Part shown: positions 1 through 9,813 of the stretch, in pieces
Layout: each line of letters begins with the position of its first letter
Numbering within the stretch: the stretch's first letter is position 1
Source: Armatimonadota bacterium
Lineage (GTDB): Bacteria > Armatimonadota > HRBIN16
DNA: 64,000 nucleotides
Reading direction: 5' to 3'
Assembly (NCBI GenBank): GCA_963677485.1
Contig: OY781964.1
Location: 2,752,001-2,816,000, forward strand
The notes under the pieces: model-generated
Told to the model about the DNA's origin: nothing
What the model saw: the letters and a program-made list of their open reading frames with translations, nothing else
The model's database searches: none
Program-made: the position numbers and the translations under genes

Positions 1-449
1 AAGTTCAGATCGTCGACCTTAAGGCGGTGCTCAGCGACGGCACTTCAATGCCTGTCAGCATCGCCCGCAAGGACAGCGACTGGCGTTTAGCATGGTTGAA
101 GCCAACCTCAGCCCCTGCAAACCCGCTGCCTTTCATGCGAGAACCTGCAGCCGGGCCACTAAAGCTTAGTGAGGATCTGTGGTCTGTTTTCCGTGCTCCT
201 GAAGGGATGCAGTATGCAGTTGGTGTGCAAAAGATGTGTTACATTGGCTCGATCGACAACCCAGTTCGGATGCCCCTTGGCATGGGCGATGGTGAGCTCA
301 ACAGTCCTGTGTTTACCTCTGACGGCAAATGGGTAGGATTGGTGGTGAATCCGCCAGGTGAGAGCGAGTTTGGCATAGACGAGATCACCATTCTGCCGGT
401 AAAGAACCTGATGAAAGCCAGTGGATTACCGTATGTGGAGGCCAGATAA
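1..449 (+). CDS. Trypsin-like peptidase-domain protein, 5'-truncated by the window edge, probably catalytically degenerate
   Basis: ORF 27..449 has 'PVSIARKDSDWRLAWLK' and 'SPVFTSDGKWVGLVV', typical of HtrA-like folds, but no GNSGG motif. The frame appears to be open from the window start. Confidence 0.55.
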   Translation, partial: VQIVDLKAVLSDGTSMPVSIARKDSDWRLAWLKPTSAPANPLPFMREPAAGPLKLSEDLWSVFRAPEGMQYAVGVQKMCYIGSIDNPVRMPLGMGDGELNSPVFTSDGKWVGLVVNPPGESEFGIDEITILPVKNLMKASGLPYVEAR

Positions 450-450
450 C

Positions 451-1242
451 ATGAAACCCATACTAGCTATTGTCATCGGCGTGATGGCGTTAAGTGGAGC
501 GGGGATGGCCCAGAAGCTTACTGTGCCGGAGCAAGCCCGCGACCAATTTTCACCGGTGCTGTTACGAATGGAAGCCAACACACAGGTTGGGCCGGATGCT
601 GAGCCTACCGATTCGGGACAAAACACCGCCACTGCTGTGGTGATGAGCAGTGACGGGCTGCTGATAACCACACTGAGTGCCGTAGACCCTCTGTCTATGC
701 TGGGTGACAAGGCCACAGGCGATCAGTTTAGGCTGAAAGTGAGCGGACTGAAAGTGGTTCTGCCAGACGCCACAGAGATGCCGGCGCAAGTGGTGCTGCG
801 TGATAAACAGACAGGTTTTGCTGTCATCAAATTGAACGACAAGCCGAAGCAACCGCTAGCCGCCTTGCCGTTAGCGAATGTCAAACCGCTTGAGGTGGGT
901 GATGATATCTACCTGGTCGACAGATTAGGCCCAGATATGGAGAATATCTGCGTGGTGAGCTCCCAGATGGTTATGGCCAGGCTGAGTTATCCCATCAACA
1001 AAGCGGTGGTCACAGGTGGTAATGTGGTGGGAGCCATAGCCATAAATCAAGCTGGCGAGGTCTGCGGACTGGTGTCGATGTACCGTCCTGATGCCAAACG
1101 AACCTACGCGGTCTACACAGTGATCGGCCCCGATGAGTTGAAGGCACTGCTTGAGAAGGCTCGACGTGCCGGTCCTGATGTGGCCAACAGCAACGATGCT
1201 GCGCAACCGACTGTCAGCCAATTACCCGCAAAGACTGATTAA
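451..1242 (+). CDS. Secreted trypsin-like peptidase-domain protein (degenerate active site)
   Basis: Signal peptide MKPILAIVIGVMALSGAGMA from ATG 451. Motifs 'AVVMSSDGLLIT', 'VLRDKQTGFAVIKL' and 'AINQAGEVCGLVS' follow the S1C fold. Confidence 0.65.
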   Translation: MKPILAIVIGVMALSGAGMAQKLTVPEQARDQFSPVLLRMEANTQVGPDAEPTDSGQNTATAVVMSSDGLLITTLSAVDPLSMLGDKATGDQFRLKVSGLKVVLPDATEMPAQVVLRDKQTGFAVIKLNDKPKQPLAALPLANVKPLEVGDDIYLVDRLGPDMENICVVSSQMVMARLSYPINKAVVTGGNVVGAIAINQAGEVCGLVSMYRPDAKRTYAVYTVIGPDELKALLEKARRAGPDVANSNDAAQPTVSQLPAKTD

Positions 1243-1475
1243 GGTTCAGTGGGCGGGTGAATGCGATACCCGCCAGAGCCCATCATCTTGTTGTGAGCCA
1301 TGGGCCCATATTCATCGCCATTTGGCATATCCTGAGAGCCGGCTTCTAGCCGGCTTTTCGGTTAATAAGCCGTGTCCTTTAGGGCGCGGGGACGAAGTCA
1401 CGTTTGGCGGCCAATTGCAGACTGGGCTGCCGTGCCGGCCCGGGCGGTTGCTTGTTCCTGACACAAATCTTTCAT

Positions 1476-1549
1476 GGCTATCCGCCAGACCGGCGCGGTC
1501 TTGAGCCTTCTGCAGCCATTAGCCTACGGTCAGACCGCCCCGGACATAG
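1476..1549. repeat. CCGGCGCGGTC...GACCGCCCCGGACAT hairpin repeat, copy 1
   Basis: The same motif recurs at 40847-40913 and 41080-41132, and partially (reversed) near 29356. Confidence 0.7.
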
Positions 1550-1576
1550 GCAACGCTTGACTGCAAGCACCATAAT

Positions 1577-1606
1577 CAAAAAGGGCGGGCAAATGCCCGC
1601 CCTTTG
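1577..1606 (-). terminator. Intrinsic terminator downstream of the citrate synthase-like gene
   Basis: Perfect stem AAAGGGCGGGC-AAAT-GCCCGCCCTTT with a U-tract on the minus strand, about 17 bp after the stop codon. Confidence 0.8.
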
Positions 1607-1622
1607 AGTTAGGTGACTGAGG

Positions 1623-3446
1623 CTAATGCAGAGACTCGTGTGTGCGAACTAAGGCTTCAAACCGAAGGTCGGTGCCCAGCACGCCCAGCACGTTCTCGTC
1701 ATCATCGGTGATCGTGCATGACAAGGTCACGCACAATACGCCGGTGATGCGGGATTTATAGAACTCCGTAATGTACACCTGACCTGGACCCGCATCCAAC
1801 GCGCCTACAAACCAGTCGCGGTCAGCGAAGTCATGATCAAGGCCATATGTTCCAAAGGTTTCTCGGAACTGTGGCTGGGTGACATTGTTGGTAATCTTCT
1901 TGCCCTTCGTATCCACCACATATGCGAACTGGATGAACGCATGTTTATGTACCGCATCTTCTAGAACTTTTTCGATCCTGCTATTGTCCATGCTGATGAT
2001 TTCTGGGTTCTGAACCAGCTCCGCAACGATCTTTTCCACCAGGTTAAGTGCATGATCACGCAGCTTATCGAAGTCGCTCTTGAAGTATTCGGGCAGATGC
2101 ATCCGCGACTGCATCAGCATCTCGTTATCCGATATGGAGGTGACGCGGCCTTGCGCATACTGCTGTCTGATCCACTCCAGCATTCCTGCTAGTCCTGCGT
2201 GCCGCTTATCCAAGGCTACCTCTGGACGAAGCCCCAGGTAGTTGTTGACCCAATGGGCCACTCCGGCCACGCCGGATTTATCGGTGATGTTGACTCGGGC
2301 CGGACGGTCCAGGATCTTGTCGGTATCGAAGATGTTATATATCTCCGCATCTTTCAACATGCCGTCTGCATGAATTCCAGCACTGGTGGCATTGAAGTGT
2401 GAGCCCACGAAGGGATAAGAGGGTGATATATCGACGCCCATCTCTTTTTGGAAGTAGTCAGCGATCTCCGTGATGATGCGCGTATCCACGCCGTTGGTGT
2501 CGCCCTTCAGGGAGATGTAGTCCATGATGGCTCCCTCAAGCGGCGGGTTGCCGGTGCGCTCACCAAAGCCTAGAAGCGCGCAGTTGGCGTTAGAGCACCC
2601 ATACAGCCAGGCGGTGGTGGAGTTGACCAGCACCTTATGGAAGTCGTTATGTCCGTGCCACTCAAGCCACTCACTAGGAACCCCGCATTCGTGGATCATC
2701 GTGTGGATCATCTTGGGCACGCTGCGCGGTAGGGTGGCCTCCGTGTAGGGCACGCCAAATCCCATGGTGTCGCACAACCGGATTTTGACCGCCTTTTTAC
2801 TTTCGCGAGCGACTTCCATCAGCCTTTGTACGAAGGGGATGATGAAGCCGTCGAAGTCCGCGCGGGTGACGTCCTCGAGGTGGCATCGCACCGCGTCAAG
2901 ACCAGACTCCAGGGCCGTGGTGACCAGGTCGACATACATCTCCAGTGCCTGAGAACGCGATTTATTCATTTTGCGGAAGATGTGGTAGTCCGATGCGGAG
3001 GTCAGAATGCCGGTTTCGCGCAGGCCCATCTCCTTCACCAGTTTGAAATCCGCTTTAGTGGCGCGGATCCATCCGGTGACCTCAGGGAACTTGTGGCCCA
3101 GCTCCAGGCATTTATATACGGCCTCTTTATCCTTGTCGCTATACAGGAAGAACTCCGTGGCGCGGATGACACCGTTGGGCCCGCCCAACTGGTTCAGCAG
3201 ATCATACAGGCGCACGATATGCTCAACTTTATATGGCGGCCTGGACTGCTGTCCGTCGCGGAACGTCGTGTCCGTGATATACATTTCTCGTGCGGGTTCC
3301 ATGGGCACAGAGTGACCGTCGAAGACAAGACGCGGCACCTCTGAGTATGGGAACTGCTCCCGCAGCATGTTCGGTTCCGGTACATCAACGACTTCTCGTT
3401 TGGAGGTGGTGTGTAGTAAACCCCATCGCGGGTTTTTTGATATCAT
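1623..3446 (-). CDS. Re-citrate synthase-like DRE-TIM metallolyase (IPMS/homocitrate synthase superfamily) with C-terminal Cache/PDC-like domain
   Basis: Motifs ITDTTFRDGQQ, WHGHNDF, GERTGN and TSAGIHADG. The C-terminal 'DFADRDWF...ITEFYKSRITGVLCVTLS...GVLGTD' is Cache-like. Confidence 0.8.
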   Translation of the reverse strand: MISKNPRWGLLHTTSKREVVDVPEPNMLREQFPYSEVPRLVFDGHSVPMEPAREMYITDTTFRDGQQSRPPYKVEHIVRLYDLLNQLGGPNGVIRATEFFLYSDKDKEAVYKCLELGHKFPEVTGWIRATKADFKLVKEMGLRETGILTSASDYHIFRKMNKSRSQALEMYVDLVTTALESGLDAVRCHLEDVTRADFDGFIIPFVQRLMEVARESKKAVKIRLCDTMGFGVPYTEATLPRSVPKMIHTMIHECGVPSEWLEWHGHNDFHKVLVNSTTAWLYGCSNANCALLGFGERTGNPPLEGAIMDYISLKGDTNGVDTRIITEIADYFQKEMGVDISPSYPFVGSHFNATSAGIHADGMLKDAEIYNIFDTDKILDRPARVNITDKSGVAGVAHWVNNYLGLRPEVALDKRHAGLAGMLEWIRQQYAQGRVTSISDNEMLMQSRMHLPEYFKSDFDKLRDHALNLVEKIVAELVQNPEIISMDNSRIEKVLEDAVHKHAFIQFAYVVDTKGKKITNNVTQPQFRETFGTYGLDHDFADRDWFVGALDAGPGQVYITEFYKSRITGVLCVTLSCTITDDDENVLGVLGTDLRFEALVRTHESLH

Positions 3447-3511
3447 AGTCTATATCTCCTGTCGCTCAAGTATTAATGTGTACCAAATATAGTGTACCCT
3501 CAGCAAAAAGA

Positions 3512-3529
3512 TTGTGCCAAATTTCACAA
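3512..3529. promoter_or_regulatory. Putative Rex operator
   Basis: TTGTGCCAAATTTCACAA matches the Rex consensus TTGTGAA-N4-TTCACAA at 12 of 14 positions. It lies about 65 bp upstream of the citrate synthase-like gene, and rex is in the window. Confidence 0.6.
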
Positions 3530-3736
3530 TGTCTATTAACATGATTAGTGGACTCGAATGGCTTGGTTGATGAAAGTGAAGAACCCAAGATTAGTGAGTC
3601 GGAGTAAAATGCCGTAGCAAACTGGTTATGGACCATGATGTGTCTCATGGACATCCTACACATTCTGCGACTATACAATCTTACGACACTCTACTAAATA
3701 TAAGTAACTGATGGTGATCAGGATCGCATCATCCGC

Positions 3737-3946
3737 TCACATCCTGGTCGTCGGATACCGGTCCTTGATATTAGCGAAGAAGTACATGCCATGAGAAGCG
3801 GCACTCATCAGAGCATCGTACTCCGATGCGGGGACACCACTGTATTGGTATACAATGCCACGCATGAACTCTATCTCAAGAATTACTGTGTCTGGGTCGT
3901 ATCCGATCGATACTAAATTACTAGATGATACTTGAATGCGTTCCAT
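3737..3946 (-). CDS. KTSC domain protein (69 aa)
   Basis: MERIQVSSSNLVSIGYDPDTVILEIEF...YQYSGVPASEYDALMSAASHGMYF is a canonical KTSC pattern. ATG 3946 has an AGGAG RBS and lies 5 bp after the herA stop. Confidence 0.9.
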   Translation of the reverse strand: MERIQVSSSNLVSIGYDPDTVILEIEFMRGIVYQYSGVPASEYDALMSAASHGMYFFANIKDRYPTTRM

Positions 3947-5555
3947 TCTTATTACTCCTTTTCTTGCTCGCTGTTCGATTCCGAAGGCGCTGCATTTACC
4001 CCGGCACTTGGATTCTGATACCGCCAAGCCTCAACAAGAGGCTTGTAGTCTTCGGCTTTGGGTGGCTCTGTCCAACCACCTTCCCGTATGCGCTTTCCGT
4101 CCTCCCCTTTAGGGACAACGACCAACGGGTCGTCGCTATCAGGGCGACAGCCAACTGGCGGTCGATCAATCACTGTTCGGATCGGCATGTTGACGGCTTC
4201 CCCAACGATCAGAGCCTCGCCTGTGCGCAGTATGGGAAGCATCGAAAACAGACCTTTTAAATTGTCAGCAACACATCTGGTAACCTGACCTTGATCTTGT
4301 TCATTGGTCAGTCGCATTGCGACAATAGTTCCACATTGAGAGAGAATCGTTTGGTCGATTTCCGAAGGGCGTTGACTCACCAGCATAAGGCCAACGCCGT
4401 ACTTACGTCCCTCTTTGGCGATACGGCGCGTTGCTGCTGCGGCGCGACCTTTGGATTGTGCGCCTAAATAGTTATGTGCTTCCTCCAATACCAGCAATAA
4501 CGGTCGTTGGCGACCTCCTTCTGGCTTTAATCTTCCCCAGAACATAGCGTCATACAGAATTCGCAGCATTGCTCCCACAATGTCATCGATAATGGCTGAG
4601 GGAACACCAGATAAATCGAACACGGAAATCGGGGTATCCGAGCCAACCCAGTCAGAGAGCAGTTTGTCCAAATCGAGCTCTGTCTTGCCATCCGGCGAAA
4701 CCGCCCACTTACCAGGACGGAATAGGAACTGCATCCTAGGATCGCGAAGCTTCATCTCTAGCATGTCGATGTGGTTGTGAGGTTGATTCGAGTACTGACT
4801 GAGGTATATTTTCGGGGTGCTCGATTTATCCTCTGGCATGAACTTTGGACGCACAAGTCCGTTGACATCTCCTTTAGCTTCAATGGGTGGTGTGCCATCC
4901 TTTGCCCATGCTCTTGTAGCTTCTGTCGGGTTCTGATTAGAGCTGACCGTATGGGTAGCGAAGTGTAAACAATACAAATCATACCAAAGCTTGTGCACTG
5001 AAAATGGTAGCGGTGTGTCTACTGTGATGTCGGTATCAGGCATGATATCAACAATTCCGCCAGAGGCCGAAGCTCTTCGTGCTGTCAGCACATGTTCTTG
5101 GACAAGTGCGAACGGGGTTCCGGTGATATTTCCCATCGAAAAAGAAAGGAACTCGTCGAATGCCAGTGCCCAGTAGGGAATGTACAGTTCGCTTTCGTTA
5201 GCGTCAGTATCTGCTCCAATTCTAAATACCCTCGCCCTTGTCCCGAATGCCTTTGCGTATTCACCATGAAGATCGAGCAGGACAACGCGGGCTGACCCAA
5301 ATCTGCTTGCATCAGAAACCGCTCCCAACAAACTCGCTACTGCCGTAGACTTCCCGGCTCCTGTACTACCAACAACAGCAGAGTGGCGGCTCACAAGACG
5401 GTTCATGTCGAGATAGGCTTTGATGGATTCGGCGCTGGAGACCTTACCTATGTGAGCGGCACCCGAATTTTTACAGACAGAATATTAAGGTAAACTGAGT
5501 TCATGAGGACACATCATTTGAATGATCCGGATCCGATGTCTGTTCCGACGTCCGG

Positions 5556-5930
5556 GTGGAAAGAGCCCCGGAAGGAGCGCGGAGCGCGACTGAAGGGGCG
5601 AGTTCCACCCCGGACGTAAATTTTTTACCGGAGAGCCGACGGTGGTCCTGCCGACGCAAACTTGAGGTGGTTCAACGCTTGATTGGCGGCGAATCCTTGG
5701 AGATCGTATCAAGGCAAATAGGTGTACCGATATATCAGATTGAGGAGTGGCGTGATAGAGCCCTGGCTGGCATGGAATCCGCTCTGAAGATACGTGTTCA
5801 AGATCCCTTAGAGCATCAGCTCAAAGAGGCCCAGCGACGTATCGGTGAGCAATCTATGGAGATTGAACTCCTATACGAGCGATGTCACCGGAGAGAAGCC
5901 CCTTTTACGCGGGGGAAATTACGGAAATGA
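5556..5930 (+). CDS. IS transposase OrfA (HTH)
   Basis: HTH-like 'RWSCRRKLEVVQRLIGGESLEIVSRQIGVPIYQIEEWR' followed by a coiled coil. C CCT TTT slippery heptamer at 5900-5906. Start codon uncertain. Confidence 0.8.
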   Translation: MERAPEGARSATEGASSTPDVNFLPESRRWSCRRKLEVVQRLIGGESLEIVSRQIGVPIYQIEEWRDRALAGMESALKIRVQDPLEHQLKEAQRRIGEQSMEIELLYERCHRREAPFTRGKLRK

Positions 5931-6841
5931 GCACTGCCATTTCCCCCGCCACATGCGCTCACTATGGTGTAGAAAGGGTATGCCGAGTTTGGGAACAACC
6001 TCGCTCTACCTACTATATGCAAATCACAGAGGCTGTTCATCCTGCTTTAAGCACACCCAGGCTAAAGCGTGGACCCAAGACCTCCGTTTCCGATGATGAA
6101 CTATTGGAAGCGATCAAGCTTGTAATCAATGGCTCTCCATTTCAAGGTGAAGGCTATAAGAAAATCCACGCGTCACTGCACTTTGGAGCACAGAAGTTGC
6201 GAGTGGGCAGGAACTGTGTGCTTCGGCTAATGCGTAACAATGAGCTTCTATCGCCTTATCGCAGACCTAAGGCAGATACTAATCAACACAATGGAACGAT
6301 CATTACTGATGCTCCCAATATCATGTGGGGTACTGACGGCACACAGGTGCGGACGGTTGATGATGGAAATATCTGGATATTCAGTGCGGTAGAACACTGG
6401 AACGGTGAGTGCGTAGGCATATATGTCTGCAAACTCGGTACCCGGTTCAACGCCGTTCAACCTGTGCTTGAAGGGGTTCAGGCTATATATGGCAGCGTAG
6501 AGCGTGCTGTCGCCAACGGGCTTACTCTGAGACTCGACAACGGATCCGCAAATTGCTCCGATCACTTCCAGTATGAAATCAAGCGGCTGGGGATCACACC
6601 CAGCTTCAGCTATGTGCAACAGCCCCAGACAAATGGTGTGGTTGAGCGATTCAACCGGACACTAAAGGAACAGGTCATTTACGCACATGTATTTCAGAAT
6701 GTCGACGAAGTGAGGGAAGCAGTGCTACAATTCAAACAGGAGTACAATCGTTCGTGGCGATTGGAGAAGATGGGATTCAAAACGCCGCTTGAAACCCGCC
6801 AGTGCTTTGTAGAAGAGCACTCCATTACAACTGCGGCTTAA
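5927..6841 (+). CDS. IS transposase OrfB (rve integrase/DDE domain)
   Basis: DDE triad WGTDGT / RLDNGS / NGVVERFNRTLKE. In the -1 frame relative to OrfA, with an ATGA overlap at the OrfA stop. Confidence 0.9.
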   Translation: MSTAISPATCAHYGVERVCRVWEQPRSTYYMQITEAVHPALSTPRLKRGPKTSVSDDELLEAIKLVINGSPFQGEGYKKIHASLHFGAQKLRVGRNCVLRLMRNNELLSPYRRPKADTNQHNGTIITDAPNIMWGTDGTQVRTVDDGNIWIFSAVEHWNGECVGIYVCKLGTRFNAVQPVLEGVQAIYGSVERAVANGLTLRLDNGSANCSDHFQYEIKRLGITPSFSYVQQPQTNGVVERFNRTLKEQVIYAHVFQNVDEVREAVLQFKQEYNRSWRLEKMGFKTPLETRQCFVEEHSITTAA

Positions 6842-7492
6842 CACTAACCCGTGTCTGTGTAACTGGGTGCGATACAGACCTTACCTATGGTAACATAAGC
6901 ATCCTCATCGCCTGGCGCGTACACCGTCTCCAGGTCGGACTCGGTAACAACATGCACAGAATCGCCGATGGATGGATACTGCGAAATGCCTCGTTCAAAT
7001 GGCTTGCCTCTGCGTCCCTCACCAACCATCTCTACACGTAACCAGCGATTCCCTAATAGAGGCACTGTATCTGGTCCACCCGGAGCTGCGCCTGCACCAA
7101 CTTGCGAGATGATTCCATATAGGTCCACATATCCTGCCGGGATACGAACAAATCCGCCTACCTGTCCCGCTCGGTAACCTTCTCCGTTTACGAACAGGAG
7201 GCCAGTGGGTGTATTCTCTGGCAACTTCACACTGATACTTGAGCCGTTTACATCTTCGACAGTTCCAAGGCGCGAGGGATCAGGATTGAGTTGTTTGTTC
7301 GTCATTGTGTTTCATCCCACCGCAGAGTTGTTCAAGAAATAGCCCAAAGTAATGGAAGTCACCCAGCCTCGACATTGTTTGCTTCTGTCGTGTCAATAGT
7401 CACCTTATTACTACCACCCATGTTCGGCATATGTATACCACTTGACTAGTTCGTGTTCATTGCCCAATGTAAGTGTTGGATGCGTCGGTATC

Positions 7493-8260
7493 TCACTCTA
7501 CGGATGCATTATCCGGCTTGCTTACCTCCCCTCTGCGCTGCCTTTGGCGATAGCTCTCACCGGTGACAACAGTCACCCGGGCATGGTGAGTCAATCTGTC
7601 CATAGCAGCTGAAGCGAGAAGAGAGTCGCCAAACATCTCCGGCCATTCGGAGGGAGCCCGATTAGATGTCAATACAATACTGCCCTTCTCGTATCTCTGG
7701 TGGATGATCTCGTAGAGGTCTTCCGCTCCCTGAATTGTGATGGGGCGAAGACCAAAGTCGTCGAGTATCAGGAGGTCAACGTTGACCAATTTCTTAATCA
7801 ACCGCGTATAAGCATCGTCTGCCCTGGCCGCAAACATCTCCTGTTGCAACTTGTGGACAGAACTGTTATAAACACTGTAGCTTCGCTTAATGGCCTCATA
7901 ACCTATGGCGGTGGCTAGATGTGTCTTGCCCACACCAGTGGGACCACACACCAGCCAGTTGGCATGTTGAGCGATTAACTGGCAGGTCGCCATCTCCCTT
8001 ACCAGCGAACGATCAAGGGTAGGTACAGCGTTGAAGTCGAAGTGGGACAGCAGTTTCGTGTTCTCGAAACAGGCCGCCTTCTCCATCTTTACCTGTTTAG
8101 TTTGGCTGCGTCGCTCAAGCTCATCATCTACTAATAACGCAAGGAACTCCGTTGGTGAGAGCTTTTGCTCACGGGCTAGCTCCGCTCTCTCTTCGAGGCT
8201 ATCAACCATGCCAGACCATCTGAGTTGCCTGAGCTTGGGTAGCAGTGTGTGAGTTAACAC
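7493..8260 (-). CDS. istB: IS21 helper ATPase IstB
   Basis: Walker A GPTGVGKT, Walker B LLILDDFG, plus LTSNR and AMDRLTHH. Confidence 0.95.
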   Translation of the reverse strand: MLTHTLLPKLRQLRWSGMVDSLEERAELAREQKLSPTEFLALLVDDELERRSQTKQVKMEKAACFENTKLLSHFDFNAVPTLDRSLVREMATCQLIAQHANWLVCGPTGVGKTHLATAIGYEAIKRSYSVYNSSVHKLQQEMFAARADDAYTRLIKKLVNVDLLILDDFGLRPITIQGAEDLYEIIHQRYEKGSIVLTSNRAPSEWPEMFGDSLLASAAMDRLTHHARVTVVTGESYRQRQRRGEVSKPDNASVE

Positions 8261-9813
8261 GCTTCTACCTCCATATTGGTGTCAGCATTACTGACCAAAA
8301 TGAATTCGTCGGCACTACGAGCGAAGAGGTAGTCTTTTTTAGGGGGAAGAGAAGATGTTATTCCCATTGGCTCGTGATCTGTACCGGCCCTCAGTATCTT
8401 AGCAATGCGTTGGTAACTACCATCTTGGTAATAGAGAGAGCGTGCGCAGGCCGCTTCCAGGCGACTACTGCTGTACGTTTGAACTAGCCGGACGATCCTC
8501 TTCACGGATTGTCTTCGGTCTACAGGCCTGTCAGCCAGCAAAGCATTAAGCACCGTAACACAACTGGGGCCGATGTCATGCCCTAATTCCAGGCAATTCT
8601 CGATTGAAAGAACCATATAGGCCACTTTATGTGTTGGGTAATCAGTCATGCGGGTAATGCGCTGCCCTTGTTGTGTCGCTCTTTGATGTGTTCCAACTAG
8701 TTTATGGTCGTTATCATATATCTGCACCACTCGTTCGTGCAGATGCACGTCCATTTGGCTGCCTATGTAGCTGTAGGGCACGGAATAGTAAGAACCATAC
8801 ACTGTAACATGACAGTCCCGATGGACTTTCGCACTACGAACTTCAATGAGATCAAATTCCGTGTCTGGTAATGACTTAAGCGTGCTCTTCTCTACCTGAT
8901 TGAACTGCGCCAATGGCTGTTTATGTGTGGTTCCATGGTTACGCAGACCTGCCTCTTGTGTGATCCAGGTCTTCACAAGCAGGTTCGCTTCGTCGATATC
9001 CATGAACTCCCGGCCTGCAATGAAGTTTCGCTGCACGTAATGAACCCCGTTTTCCACTTTTCCTTTATGCTCCGGGGTTCTCACTCTACACGGATGAATG
9101 AGGAAGTCGTAGTGCAAGGCCAGTTGCCGATACGGCTCCGAGATGACAGGGTCGTATATATCTGCTTTGAGAACCGCTGACTTTAGATTGTCTATCACAA
9201 GTTCCTCTGGAACGCCTCCGAAGAATTCAAAGGCGTTGATATGGCAGTTCACCCATGTGGGTATCCTTTGATTGAATACAAACTCCACATATTGATGTCG
9301 AGAGTGTGATAGCGTCATCAAGAAGGCATACGTTGAACGCATCTTGCCTGTTGCGGGGTCCTTCATTTGCCCCACAAATCCGAAGTCAACCTGGGCCTGT
9401 TTTCCTGGGTCTGTCTCTAGACGTATAATGGCCAACTGCTCTTTGGGGGTCAGTCCGTTAATGAAGCGAATAACCGAAGAGTAGCTACCGGTAAACCCGT
9501 ATAGTCGTTTGAGGTTGTTGTGGATGGTCACTGCCTCTATGTGAGTCTGGAGATAGGTCTCGATGATTTCGCGGTATGGTTCAGCACTAGACACATTACT
9601 GCGTCGTTTGCGCTGCGGTAAGGTGTCACGAAATGCCTCCATACTCGGCATATCTGAATCTGGAGCCAGGTATCCAAGTCGAGAAGCCCACTGTGCGTAT
9701 TGGCTGACGGTGTTACGAGCGCAGCCCGTGTCACGAGAAATCGCTCGTTGGGACTGCCCACGCCGCAGTCGGAATATGATCTCTTCTATGATCTGCATTC
9801 TTAGCCTTTCCAT
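8254..9813 (-). CDS. istA: IS21 transposase IstA
   Basis: N-terminal HTH, then QAQVDFG, VIDNLKSAV, KGKVENGV and YYSVPY. Overlaps the istB start. Confidence 0.95.
   Translation of the reverse strand: MERLRMQIIEEIIFRLRRGQSQRAISRDTGCARNTVSQYAQWASRLGYLAPDSDMPSMEAFRDTLPQRKRRSNVSSAEPYREIIETYLQTHIEAVTIHNNLKRLYGFTGSYSSVIRFINGLTPKEQLAIIRLETDPGKQAQVDFGFVGQMKDPATGKMRSTYAFLMTLSHSRHQYVEFVFNQRIPTWVNCHINAFEFFGGVPEELVIDNLKSAVLKADIYDPVISEPYRQLALHYDFLIHPCRVRTPEHKGKVENGVHYVQRNFIAGREFMDIDEANLLVKTWITQEAGLRNHGTTHKQPLAQFNQVEKSTLKSLPDTEFDLIEVRSAKVHRDCHVTVYGSYYSVPYSYIGSQMDVHLHERVVQIYDNDHKLVGTHQRATQQGQRITRMTDYPTHKVAYMVLSIENCLELGHDIGPSCVTVLNALLADRPVDRRQSVKRIVRLVQTYSSSRLEAACARSLYYQDGSYQRIAKILRAGTDHEPMGITSSLPPKKDYLFARSADEFILVSNADTNMEVEAC

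Larger units (their letters stand above)
5451..6876 (+). mobile_element. IS3-family-like insertion sequence (1426 bp)
   Basis: TGT...ACA ends with imperfect TIRs (TGTGAGCGGCACCCGAATTTTTACAGACA / TGTATCGCACCCAGTTACACAGACA). Direct repeat GACCTTACCTA at 5440-5450 and 6877-6887. Confidence 0.9.
3952..7305 (-). pseudogene. herA: HerA/DUF87 helicase-ATPase of a SIR2-HerA system, split by an IS3-like element (segments 7305-6877 and 5439-3952; 638 aa when rebuilt)
   Basis: N-terminal HAS-barrel-like segment (ORF 6844..7305). Walker A GSTGAGKS, Walker B LLVLEEAH and IAKEGRKYGVGLMLVSQRPS lie in ORF 3952..5406. Removing the IS and one TSD copy gives in-frame YVTIGKV-SSAESIKAYLD-MNRLVSRH. Confidence 0.9.

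Noticed and set aside
6844-7305. Stand-alone 153-aa gene
   Set aside because: It is the N-terminal 143 codons of herA plus 10 IS-derived codons.
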